Shown: piece by piece, positions 37,355 through 46,607 of the stretch
How positions within the stretch are numbered: the stretch's first letter is position 1
Layout: each line of letters starts with the position of its first letter
Origin: Longimicrobiales bacterium
Lineage (GTDB): Bacteria > Gemmatimonadota > Gemmatimonadetes > Longimicrobiales > Gaopeijiaceae
Length of the DNA: 64,000 bases
Assembly: GCA_965219445.1 (NCBI GenBank)
Contig: CBDCNQ010000005.1
Coordinates: 1,472,001-1,536,000, forward strand
Reading direction: 5' to 3'
The notes under the pieces: generated by a model
Told to the model about the DNA's origin: nothing
What the model saw: the letters and a program-made list of their open reading frames with translations, nothing else
Database searches by the model: none
Translations under genes and position numbers: made by a program

Positions 37355-37942
37355 ATGAACCAGCCGAAGGACGATCGGGAGCGCCTGAAAGACCTACTTC
37401 TGGAGCGCTCCGTGCGCCTTGGCGACTTTACGCTCTCGAGCGGAGCCAAGTCGGCGTACTACGTCGACGCTCGGCAAACCACAATGACCGCCGAGGGGCA
37501 ACGGCTCACCGGCAAGATCGGATACGATCTGATCGACGAGGCCGGCTGGGACGTGACGCACGTGGGGGGCCTGACTCTGGGCGCCGACCCCGTGACCTAC
37601 GCGATCGCGCACCACAGCATCGCACGTGAGCGCGTGCTCGATGGCTTCACGGTTCGCAAGGAAGCCAAGGGCCATGGAACCGGGCGACAGATCGAAGGAG
37701 GCCTCCCTACAGATGCCCGCGTGGTCATCGTGGAGGACGCTGTGACGAGCGGTGCGAGCGCAATCCGAGCGATCGACGCGGTTCGCGAGCACGGGGCCAC
37801 GATCGCCGGCGTGATCTGTATCGTCGATCGGGAAGAGGGCGGTCGCGCCAAGCTCGACGAGCTCGGGGTACCGTTACTGGCGGCATTTACGGGATCAGAG
37901 CTTCTCGATGCTGCGAAAGAGGCGATAGCTGGCACCTCTTAG
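37355..37942 (+). CDS. pyrE: Orotate phosphoribosyltransferase
   Basis: GDFTLSSGAKS, VRKEAKGHG, VEDAVTSG, VDREEG; alternative start 37334. Confidence 0.95.
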   Translation: MNQPKDDRERLKDLLLERSVRLGDFTLSSGAKSAYYVDARQTTMTAEGQRLTGKIGYDLIDEAGWDVTHVGGLTLGADPVTYAIAHHSIARERVLDGFTVRKEAKGHGTGRQIEGGLPTDARVVIVEDAVTSGASAIRAIDAVREHGATIAGVICIVDREEGGRAKLDELGVPLLAAFTGSELLDAAKEAIAGTS

Positions 37943-37958
37943 ATGGCACTTTCTCTTT

Positions 37959-38726
37959 CTATCTGAGGCCCAAAGCCTCACGGAGCTGGGCCGCCGTCAT
38001 GTTGGTCACGTACACCGGTGAGCCTTGATCGAATTCTCGCGCCCGAGCGAGCGACCCGACCACGACCGGATCGAAGCCGGCGTCCACCACGAGGTCCGAC
38101 ACAATCCGAAGGGCATCCTGGTCGTCGCCCGCGACCGGAATCCCGACCTTTTCTCCCTCACGGTGAGCCTCCCGCTCCACCGACCTGTAGTTGATCGCGT
38201 TGAACGCCCGTACGAGGCGGACGCCCGGAACGTATTCGGCCGACGCAACCCCAGCCCCCTTGGCCAATGCCTCCTCCGCCATGGGTCCGTCGCGCCCCGG
38301 GTAGGGATTCCCGCAGTCGATGACGACCTTGCCCTGCATCAAGTGGGCGTAGTCCCGGCCCACCTGCGGGAGCGCGGCGTAGGGCACCGCGATGAAAACG
38401 ACCTCTCCGTAGGCTGCAGCCTGTGCTGGGAGGCCGGCGATCGCGTTGGGGCCTGCCCGCTCGACAAGCTCCGTGAGCTCTTCGGGATGGCGGGAGGAGA
38501 AGAGGATGTGGTGTCCGGCCTCCGCCCACTTGAGGCCGACCGCCCCCCCGATATTTCCCGACCCGATGATGCCGATCCTCGAGCCGGCTTGCTGTGCCTC
38601 GGACGCCGCAAGCCTTCCTGGTAACAGCGTGGGCGCGAGGACCAATCCGGTCGCCGTCGCCCCCGCCCTCAGAAGAAAATCGCGGCGTGACTGCTTGTTC
38701 TCAATCTCCGGTTCCGGTCTGGTCAT
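37959..38726 (-). CDS. Tat-exported NADP oxidoreductase (F420-dependent oxidoreductase-like)
   Basis: SRRDFL Tat motif; IGIIGSGNIG; LVRAFN; AGDD. Confidence 0.88.
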   Translation of the reverse strand: MTRPEPEIENKQSRRDFLLRAGATATGLVLAPTLLPGRLAASEAQQAGSRIGIIGSGNIGGAVGLKWAEAGHHILFSSRHPEELTELVERAGPNAIAGLPAQAAAYGEVVFIAVPYAALPQVGRDYAHLMQGKVVIDCGNPYPGRDGPMAEEALAKGAGVASAEYVPGVRLVRAFNAINYRSVEREAHREGEKVGIPVAGDDQDALRIVSDLVVDAGFDPVVVGSLARAREFDQGSPVYVTNMTAAQLREALGLR

Positions 38727-38851
38727 GCCTGCCTCCTACGTCGATTCCACTGATAGACCCTCCACCGCCAGGCACCGTATCCGTTGGCGGCGGAATGGAC
38801 AAGTCGCCGGTATCCGTCCCACTTGTTGGCCGGCTCCGTCACAAGAGACCC

Positions 38852-40039
38852 TCAGAAGTACGTGGCGAACCCCAGTTGGAAGCCCGCCGTTCGGATCGTG
38901 GGGTTCCCCACGAAGTCCCGCGTCCAGTGGTAGCGATAGTTGGCACGGAACACCGTGCCCGCAGTCGGGCGAAAGCTGGCTGTGAGGACAATGGCTGACA
39001 CCTCGTCGAAGATCTTCCGGCCCGTCGAGTCGAATGTACCTGTGTTGTAGTCGATGTGCTCCAGCCGTAGGCCCGCGCTCACCAAAGCGTCGTCGTAGCC
39101 AAGGAAAGACGGCCGCCAGACCGGCGCCACGAGATCGAGGTACCCGCCCCACTGTCCTTCCCCGAAGACCTCCTCCATTCCAGGAGGCACGTCCACGGAC
39201 GTGAGGGCCAGCTCACCCCTGACGGTCAGCATGCCCACGGTCGTCCCCAGGTCCAGGGCGGCAATCCCAAGCCAGCGCCGATCATCCACCTCCTCCCCCT
39301 CGACCCGAAATGCATTGTAGTAGCCACCGTAGTACGACAGCCCGACTTCACCCAAACTGCTGTCGTGGAACGCGATGCGCCCCGTGACGGCCGGTGAACC
39401 GTTGTTGTCCTCCTCGAGCATCTCCTCGCTCTTGCCGCTGGAGATGTCCGTGCGACCCAGATCATTGTCGACCACGCCGTCCTGGAGCCCGTTGGTAAGG
39501 TAGACGTCGTATGAGAACGTGCGCGAGCCGAAGAAGAGCTTTCCGTATGCGCCCCCACCCACCTCCGACAGCGTCGAGGGGACGATATCGGTCGTGACGA
39601 GAGGGCGCTCCACAAAGTCCCACCGGGGGCTGTCGTGGTTCTGATTGAAGTAGCCCAGGGGGGGCAGGATCACACCCACCCGCAGGACAAAGGCAGGGTC
39701 TAAGATCACGTCGACCAGAGCCGTCTCAAGGGCGATCTCCTCGGTGCCGTGCTCGAACTCGAGCTCGGACAAGAAGCGCACGCGCTGGCTGATGGAGGAG
39801 AAAAAGAAGAGGTTGAACCGGCGCAGCTCCATGGAGAAGCCGTCGGTGACACCGTCTTCCACGAAGTAGTTCGTGTTCCCCTCTATGTAGCCCCCGATGG
39901 AGGTGGCACTCACGGAGCCGATGAAGGGCCGGTTGTAGATGCCCTCCTGGCCGATGATCGTGTCGGCCTGTCCGGCGGCGTGGCCGGTGATAAAGGCCTG
40001 GAGCACGACGCAGAGGAGCCAGCCTCCCTTCCCCCTCAC
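38852..40039 (-). CDS. Outer-membrane beta-barrel/porin-like protein
   Basis: ELEFEHG, FNQNHD, alternating beta pattern, C-terminal ATYF; GTG overlaps the Rieske stop. Confidence 0.8.
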   Translation of the reverse strand: MRGKGGWLLCVVLQAFITGHAAGQADTIIGQEGIYNRPFIGSVSATSIGGYIEGNTNYFVEDGVTDGFSMELRRFNLFFFSSISQRVRFLSELEFEHGTEEIALETALVDVILDPAFVLRVGVILPPLGYFNQNHDSPRWDFVERPLVTTDIVPSTLSEVGGGAYGKLFFGSRTFSYDVYLTNGLQDGVVDNDLGRTDISSGKSEEMLEEDNNGSPAVTGRIAFHDSSLGEVGLSYYGGYYNAFRVEGEEVDDRRWLGIAALDLGTTVGMLTVRGELALTSVDVPPGMEEVFGEGQWGGYLDLVAPVWRPSFLGYDDALVSAGLRLEHIDYNTGTFDSTGRKIFDEVSAIVLTASFRPTAGTVFRANYRYHWTRDFVGNPTIRTAGFQLGFATYF

Positions 40040-40476
40040 GACGTCCCCCTGTCGACCAGCCAAATAGTGATCGAGTCTCGGTCGTGGCTGACGCGGAAGC
40101 GCGTCAGCGGCGCCTCGGCGGGCCCCTGCAGCACCTCCCCCGTAAACGCGAACTCGCTGCCGTGGCAGGGACAGACCAGACGGTCGCCTTCGGGCTCGGG
40201 CTGACACTGCCTGTGCGTGCACTCCACCAAGACCGCTGAGTACGCCCCCGGATCGGTCGTCCGCAAATAGACAGGTTTCGGCGTGCGGCTGCTCTCCACC
40301 AACACCCCAACGTCTTCGCCCAGAGCGGCGCGGGGCAGGACCAGGCGCCCGGGCTCTTCGGTCGCCCGGACGTACCTTAGGCCCACGCACCCTCCCGACG
40401 AGGCTACAAGACACGCACAAGCCGAGACAACGGGGAAGCGGCCCAGAAAGTCGCGCCGATCCATGGGCGCCCTCAT
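40036..40476 (-). CDS. Tat-exported Rieske [2Fe-2S] protein
   Basis: RRDFL; CTHRQC; CPCHGSEF; GPA. Confidence 0.92.
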   Translation of the reverse strand: MRAPMDRRDFLGRFPVVSACACLVASSGGCVGLRYVRATEEPGRLVLPRAALGEDVGVLVESSRTPKPVYLRTTDPGAYSAVLVECTHRQCQPEPEGDRLVCPCHGSEFAFTGEVLQGPAEAPLTRFRVSHDRDSITIWLVDRGTS

Positions 40477-41744
40477 CAGAGGGACCTCAAGAAGGTAAGG
40501 AGCTGTCCTTGCGAATCCGGCGTCAGCCCGCGGAAGGCGTCTCGGCTGGCCGCACCCTCACCGCCGTGCAGCTCAATGGCGTCCCGAAGCGTGCCGGCCC
40601 GTCCGTCATGGAGGTAGAAAGCCTTACCTCCTTGGAAGTTCTGTTGGATCCCGATGCCCCAAAGCGGCGGTGTCCTCCATTCGCTCGTCAGGGCGGATCC
40701 CTCCGTGTATCCGTCATCCAAGTCGGGCCCCATGTCGTGAAGGAGCAGGTCCGTGTAGGGATGGAAGACCACTTCGCTCAGAACCGCGATGTCCGAGAGG
40801 CCCGTCCTGAGGGTCGGGAAGTGACAGCCGGCACAGCCGATGTCGGTGAAGAGCTGCTCGCCGGCGCGCACGTCGGGGTCGTTCTCGTCCCGGCGGGCCG
40901 GGACCCGGAGGGTCTTCAGATAGAACACGACGTTCGCCACCACGCTGGACGCGACCTCGGGGTCCGGTGCGTCGTCCGACGTGCGAGCGCCTTGCAGGGG
41001 GTTGAACAGGTCCTCCACAAGAAGATCGCTCGTGACGCCCATGTCCTGCAGGTAGGCCCCCACCGTCTGATGGAGAAGGTTGACCGTCAGCGCCTTCTTG
41101 CCGAAGCGGCCGATGTAGCGACCGTCCACCAAGGTGCCCCTGGCGGCGGGACCAGGGCTGGACTGGGCCTCGAGCGCGACCACGTTCTCGATGAGGTCCG
41201 ATGGTTCGTGGAGCTGTACGCGACCGCTGATGCCGTCTCCGTCCAGGTCGTCCGGATCTGCGACGGCGAGGAGCGTGGCGTCGTCAACAGCATCGAGGAA
41301 GCCCAGGCCCGTTACCGCAGGAGGCATGAACGTCGCCACCCCGGTGGCCGCCGCGGGTAAGGTCTCCGGCGGATGGCCCGCGATGGATCGATTCTGGAGT
41401 TGCGGACCGCCGAACCCAGGCATCGGATCGAAGCCGTTGACGGTGGACCGGCCGAAACGTCGGAAGTTGAAGGCCGGGTGCCCCTTTCCGTCGCCGACGT
41501 GACACTGCTCGCACGACGTTGCGACGAAGATCGGGCCCAAGCCGTCGGAGACCGAGAATCGGCGTCCGAACTCCTCGTCGCCTAGGAGGTGAAGTCGGAT
41601 CTGGCCCGAGGTGAGGCCCTCGACGGTACCATCGAGGGCCTCGTTGTCGGGCGGAAGACCGGGCGTGACGATATCGCAGGCCGACAGGGCGACGACGAGA
41701 ACGGGCAGAACGGTGACCCACCCGGCGCGGTGGTGGCCCATCAT
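40476..41744 (-). CDS. Di-heme oxidoreductase family (DUF1111-like) lipoprotein
   Basis: Lipobox LSAC; CEQCH; GRFGKKA; CAGCH; TDLLLHDMG; WRTPPLWG; LHDGRA. Confidence 0.9.
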   Translation of the reverse strand: MMGHHRAGWVTVLPVLVVALSACDIVTPGLPPDNEALDGTVEGLTSGQIRLHLLGDEEFGRRFSVSDGLGPIFVATSCEQCHVGDGKGHPAFNFRRFGRSTVNGFDPMPGFGGPQLQNRSIAGHPPETLPAAATGVATFMPPAVTGLGFLDAVDDATLLAVADPDDLDGDGISGRVQLHEPSDLIENVVALEAQSSPGPAARGTLVDGRYIGRFGKKALTVNLLHQTVGAYLQDMGVTSDLLVEDLFNPLQGARTSDDAPDPEVASSVVANVVFYLKTLRVPARRDENDPDVRAGEQLFTDIGCAGCHFPTLRTGLSDIAVLSEVVFHPYTDLLLHDMGPDLDDGYTEGSALTSEWRTPPLWGIGIQQNFQGGKAFYLHDGRAGTLRDAIELHGGEGAASRDAFRGLTPDSQGQLLTFLRSL

Positions 41745-41753
41745 ACTTCCAAG

Positions 41754-41794
41754 TTTAGGCTAGCCTCAAAGTAGAAAGTTTAGGCTAGGCTAAA
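41754..41794. promoter_or_regulatory. Two tandem DtxR/MntR-like palindromic boxes
   Basis: TTTAGGCTAGCCTCAA (41754) and TTTAGGCTAGGCTAAA (41779), 25 bp apart, just upstream of the di-heme gene. Confidence 0.7.
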
Positions 41795-41806
41795 TTGAGC
41801 GCCACG

Positions 41807-42078
41807 TCAACACGGCTGCGCGAGTCCCACACGCCCGAGGGGTATCCGCTCCAGGTTGGGGTGCGCGACGTAGGCTCCCGGGACCACGTGGTTCACAAGG
41901 ATGTCAGCACGGCCGCGCGGCCGAGGTTCCGGCCGGACCCCGTGACTAGAGCGACCTTCCCCTCGACGGGCCGAGCGGACGTAGACAGCGTGGGACCGAC
42001 AAGCGGCAGCGCCATCGCCGCCCCCATTCCGCGTAGAGCCGTCCGTCGTGAAAGCGGTTTCCCTCTGCCGATCTCCAT
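41807..42078 (-). pseudogene. Eroded Tat-signal SDR oxidoreductase remnant
   Basis: SRRTAL..GKVALVTGSGRNLGRA, then after a frameshift DILVN-HVVPG..LERIPLGRVG; most of the core is deleted. Confidence 0.7.
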
Positions 42079-42109
42079 GACTCGACTCCTGTTAGGCCGG
42101 CATCGGTCC

Positions 42110-42736
42110 TCAAGGAAGCTCGATAGCCGGGTTGACGTAGTCGGCCGCGAGGACCCGGTCGGGATCAGGACGCACGCTCAGGTAATCCACATGGTCGGGG
42201 ATGTTGGACCAACCATGCGGCACACCGGCTGGGATGATGACGACGTCGCCCACCTTCACGTCCTTGCTCTGCACATCACCCACGATTGTTCCGCTGCACG
42301 ACGGTCCGTTCAGAATGGTCGCCCCACGGCCGCCCGGTGCGGACTGGCGCCCGTTCATGATCTGGCCGCCGGTGACAAGTGTTCCACCGCCCGAGATGAT
42401 GACGTACGTCTCGGTCTGATAAAAGTGCAGGCCCCCCCTCGCGCCGCTCGGCGGACCATCGGATATTCCGCAAATCCGGGCCGGTGGCAGGGCTGCACCA
42501 CCACCACCACCGCCACGTCCGGCGCCGCCCGTGGCTCCTCGGTGAATCACGCCCACGGCGAGGTTGAGCTTCCCGATGTCCCGGCTGATGATCTGCCGAT
42601 CGGTCCCTGGAAGGGCATTCACCACCTGGACCTGCTCCGCAGTGATGTAGGTGGCAGACATGAGAGTCTGGGCAGTCACGCCGACGGGCAGCGCGAGAAG
42701 CGGTAAGACAAGCGTTGACCACGCTAGCGTTCTCAT
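42110..42736 (-). CDS. Secreted cupin-fold protein
   Basis: Signal peptide; TETYVIISGGGTLVTGG; VGDVVIIPAGVPHGW; VRPDP. Confidence 0.85.
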   Translation of the reverse strand: MRTLAWSTLVLPLLALPVGVTAQTLMSATYITAEQVQVVNALPGTDRQIISRDIGKLNLAVGVIHRGATGGAGRGGGGGGAALPPARICGISDGPPSGARGGLHFYQTETYVIISGGGTLVTGGQIMNGRQSAPGGRGATILNGPSCSGTIVGDVQSKDVKVGDVVIIPAGVPHGWSNIPDHVDYLSVRPDPDRVLAADYVNPAIELP

Positions 42737-42921
42737 CGAACCCTCCTTGCTGAGTGGGAGGCCCAAGCTACGGGGCATGAGAAGGCGGGTCAAACGGGTG
42801 AGCTGAGACGCGTTCGGGGCGGTGGTGAGCAAGCTGTGGTTTCCTTGCTCACCAACCGTGTTGGTCGTACCCTGACTTCAGCGATCGCCTTCTCACTGAG
42901 CCGTACGAGCTGCCCCCAAAG

Positions 42922-45225
42922 ATGCCAGCACTGAGGAAGTTCCTCGACGAGATCCGCCACCCCTCCCTGTGGCAGGTGCTAGGTGTTTACCTAGCCGGTG
43001 GATGGGCGGTCTTCACGGTGATCCTCGACGTGTCCGAAGCGCTGCTGCTCCCGACGTGGGTCGTCCGGTACTCGCTAGCGCTACTGCTCGTCGGGCTGCC
43101 GATCACCCTCGTCACGTCGCACGTGCAGCAAGGGCTCTCGAAACGTGGCGTCGTGCCGCACAAGGGTATCCGACGCCTCTTCACGTGGCGGAACGCGCTC
43201 GTCAGTGGCGTGCTGGCTTTCGCGGCACTGGGGTTCGTTACGGCCGTGCGGATCGTGATGCCCGCCGCGCCGCCACAGCTTCCCGCGGGGAGTGCCGTGC
43301 CGCAGCTAGCGATCTTCCCAGCCACGGTCCGAGGGGGCGCCGACCCGGTCCTGCACGAGGGAATCGTAGACCTGCTACGTGGGAAGCTGGCAGTGATCTC
43401 CAACCTGCAGATCGTCGACCCCGGGACCGTGATCAAAGCCGCCGGCATGCAGTCGCAGGAGGTGGTGGTCGATGTGGCCCGTGCAGCTACCATCGCCAGC
43501 GAGCGTGGCTGGACTCTCTTCATACTCCCGGTAATCACGGCAAGCGGGGGAGAAATCCGCCTCCAGGCGTCTCTCTTCGACGTCGAGTCCACAGAGGAAC
43601 CGTTGGTCCTCGCCGAATCCGGGGGTGACGCCCTCGAGGTCTTCGCGCATATCGACGAGCTCGCCGTCGATCTCGTTCTCGCACAGTTCGGTCGGGCGAG
43701 CGCGCGGCTGGTGCGTTCCGCATTCCAGATGACCACTTCCGTTACCGCCTGGGAGAACTTCCTCCGGGGCGAGCAGGCGATGCGGAACTCACAGCACGAT
43801 GTGGCGGTCGAGGCGGACAACACGTTCGCGCTGGCGGAACTCCGGACCGCGATCGTCGCTGCCCTCATGGAAACGGACGGATCGTTCACGCATCTCGTGG
43901 GATCGGCGCCAAACGCGCTTCCGAGGGCTAGTGCACTCGTTGATCGACTCGACGAGCGTGACAGGGAGTTCCTCGCGGCTTACGAAGCGTTCCGTGCCGG
44001 CGAAGGCGACCGCGCCGAGGCGGCGTTCGAGGCTATGCTCATCGAACGGCCCGGAGACGTCGAGGCCCGTTTCTTTCTTGCGCAAACGCTCATGCGACTC
44101 AACCCAGCCCGGGGGCGCTCGGTGTTCGAAGCGCGGGCCGTATTCGAGGAGGTGCTGCGAGCCGACCCCGGCTTCACGTGCCCTATATGACCACTCTTAC
44201 AGCTCGTCGGGAGCGAGCATGACGCGGTAGCCTCAGACAGCCTCAACGCAATGCTTAAAGTGGTCCGCGGCTCGGGAAGACCCAATCATAATGACATGAT
44301 CAATACCGTCATGCGGGGTGACGATCAAACAGCCGAGGTGCTTTTCGCTCGCTTTGACGCCCGGCCGGCTGCCGTCAACTTGGCGTTTCCGATTCACGTC
44401 GCCGCCTGGGGCGGAGACTTTTCCATGGCGGTCAGGCTGGCCCAGGGATACACTCGGTCGGCGAACGCCGATCCGATCCGGCTCGCGGGGCACCTCAACC
44501 TCGCACGGCTCTTCGTGGCCCACGGAAGGTGGCGAGCCGCCGACGTCGAGCTCGAACGGGCCGCCGACGTCGACCTCGAGCAGGCACGCATGACACGAGC
44601 CGTCCTGGTGACCTTGCCTTTCCTATCCATCCCGCGCGACGACCTCGTGAGTGTGATGGAGGAGCTGCAGCGCTGGGCACCCTCAGTCCCGGAACAGGGA
44701 TCACCGCCAGAACGCGCGTACGATCAGCACGCTCGCCTCTATTTCATGGGTTTGCTGGCCTCGAAGTTGGGCGACGAGACGGGGGCTCTGGAATACGCGG
44801 ACGCGATCGAGGAACTCGGCGACGTTGCCGGGACCGCGGTACCTGGAGAGCTGGCGACAACGCTTCGGGCGGATGTCGCGTGGCGGCAGGGGAGCTCTCC
44901 TGCAGACGTTCTGCGCGCTCTCGAGCCCCTGCGCGGACAGGTCCCCGCGGTCCTCTGGGATCACCCGGCTTTCGGACAGGAGCACGCTCGGTATGTGCGG
45001 GCTTCGGCCCTCCACCGGGCCGGAGAGGACGCTGAGGCGCTTCGATGGCTCGAAGACACGTTCACCCTCACTCCTGGCACGGTGTACTACTTGGCTCCTA
45101 CCCGGTACCTAGCGGCCCAAGTGCTGGATGCCTCCGGTCGGGGCGAGCAGGCAGGCGAAGCCCGCGCAACGTACCGCGAACTTTGGGCGGATGCCGACGG
45201 GGGGATTTCGTTGCCCGGAGGCTGA
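42922..45225 (+). CDS. Membrane-anchored TolB-N-like/TPR protein with in-frame TGA at 44188-44190 (candidate selenoprotein; otherwise a split gene)
   Basis: ORFs 42922-44190 and 44251-45225 are in one frame with no other stop; junction DPGFTCPI*PLLQLVG; 17-nt hairpin 11 nt after the TGA. Confidence 0.7.
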
Positions 45226-45266
45226 AATCCTCCCCGTCGGACCTGTATTGAACGGGCGGCCGGCGC

Positions 45267-46496
45267 CTAGTTACCGTTCAGACGGATGAACTTCTGGATC
45301 CGGTGGCCGGTCTGCACCTCGCCGGTGTAGAGATTTCCCTGGGAATCGAAACCCATGTAGTGGAGCCAATCGAAATGGCCGGGTTGTTTTCCACCCGTAC
45401 CCCAGGAGTAAACAGGCTCGAGCGTCGCCCTATCCAGAGCCCACACCTTGTTGTTGGTACCGTCGGGCACGTAAAGGAACCGCTGCTCGGTATCGAGCGG
45501 GTCGAACTCGGCGCCCCACGTGGATCCGGGCCCGTACGTCTGCGGAGCGAGTTCGTTCTCCATGATGTAGGTCCCGTCCAACTCGAAGACCTGGAAGCGG
45601 TTGCTGGGACGGTCGCTCACGTAGACCCGCCGGTCGTTGGAGATAGCCAATCCGTGGACGGGTGTACGCCACGTGGTTGTTCGGGGAGCGTTCGGGTCCC
45701 ACGGGCCCGGATTCTCGTCCTTTGGAACTTCACCATAGGCTCCCCAATGTCGTTTGTACTCACCGGTATTCGCATCGAAGACGACCAGCCGCCGATTGCC
45801 GTAGCCATCCGCTACGTAGATTTCGTCGGTCTCGGGGTCCACCTCCATGGTGGCGGCTCGGTTGACCGAGTTCGGGTCATTGCTGCCCTGGCTCACACCG
45901 ACGTCCCCGATCTTAAGCACCAACTCGCCGTCCTGCGTGAACTTCATCATGTGATGGTCGTCGCCTCCGTTCCCGGCGACCCACACGAATCCCTGGTAGT
46001 CCACATGAATTCCGTGCTCGCTGTTGAACCACTGGTATTCCCCGCCGGGATCATCGCCGCCCCAGGCTTGGATGACTTCCCCCGCCGGGTTGAACGCCAA
46101 CACGGGTGGCGCCGTCGTGCAGCAGAGCGATTGGACCGGATCGCTGCCCCACGATTGGTCTCGGGTGGTCATCGGCGGCGTCGAGCCGGCATTCGTACCC
46201 TGCACGGTGAACGGCCTGTGGATGATCCAGAGGTTGTCATTGCTGTCGATGGAGGTGCCGGCGACCTGCCCTATGATCCAGTTGTTGGGAAGGGGTTGGG
46301 GCCAGAACGGGTCGACCGCGAACTGCGCCACGCCTTCCGGCACCCCGGGGCCCGACGCGTCCGCGGGCATATTGGGCATGGAAGACGCCATCGCGGAAGA
46401 CGACATCCCGCCGTCGTCCATCCCGCATGCCGATGTGGCGAGGACCATTATCGATGTTACCAAGACTGCGCGAATCCAAGCTTGAGATCGGTTCAT
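45267..46496 (-). CDS. NHL-repeat beta-propeller lipoprotein (peptidylamidoglycolate lyase-like)
   Basis: VDPFWPQPLPNNW, EHGIHVD, YVADGYGNRR, DSQGNLYTGEV. Confidence 0.88.
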   Translation of the reverse strand: MNRSQAWIRAVLVTSIMVLATSACGMDDGGMSSSAMASSMPNMPADASGPGVPEGVAQFAVDPFWPQPLPNNWIIGQVAGTSIDSNDNLWIIHRPFTVQGTNAGSTPPMTTRDQSWGSDPVQSLCCTTAPPVLAFNPAGEVIQAWGGDDPGGEYQWFNSEHGIHVDYQGFVWVAGNGGDDHHMMKFTQDGELVLKIGDVGVSQGSNDPNSVNRAATMEVDPETDEIYVADGYGNRRLVVFDANTGEYKRHWGAYGEVPKDENPGPWDPNAPRTTTWRTPVHGLAISNDRRVYVSDRPSNRFQVFELDGTYIMENELAPQTYGPGSTWGAEFDPLDTEQRFLYVPDGTNNKVWALDRATLEPVYSWGTGGKQPGHFDWLHYMGFDSQGNLYTGEVQTGHRIQKFIRLNGN

Positions 46497-46591
46497 TGTT
46501 CGTCACCATGCAGAGGAATTTTTCCAAACGAAGCAGGACAAAGTAAGGCGGATATCGCCCCCTGCCAACCGACCGGAGGGATTTTCTGGGG

Positions 46592-46607
46592 GGCCCCGTT
46601 CGGGGCC
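46592..46607. terminator. Hairpin after dnaN
   Basis: ggccccg-tt-cggggcc directly after the dnaN stop. Confidence 0.4.
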
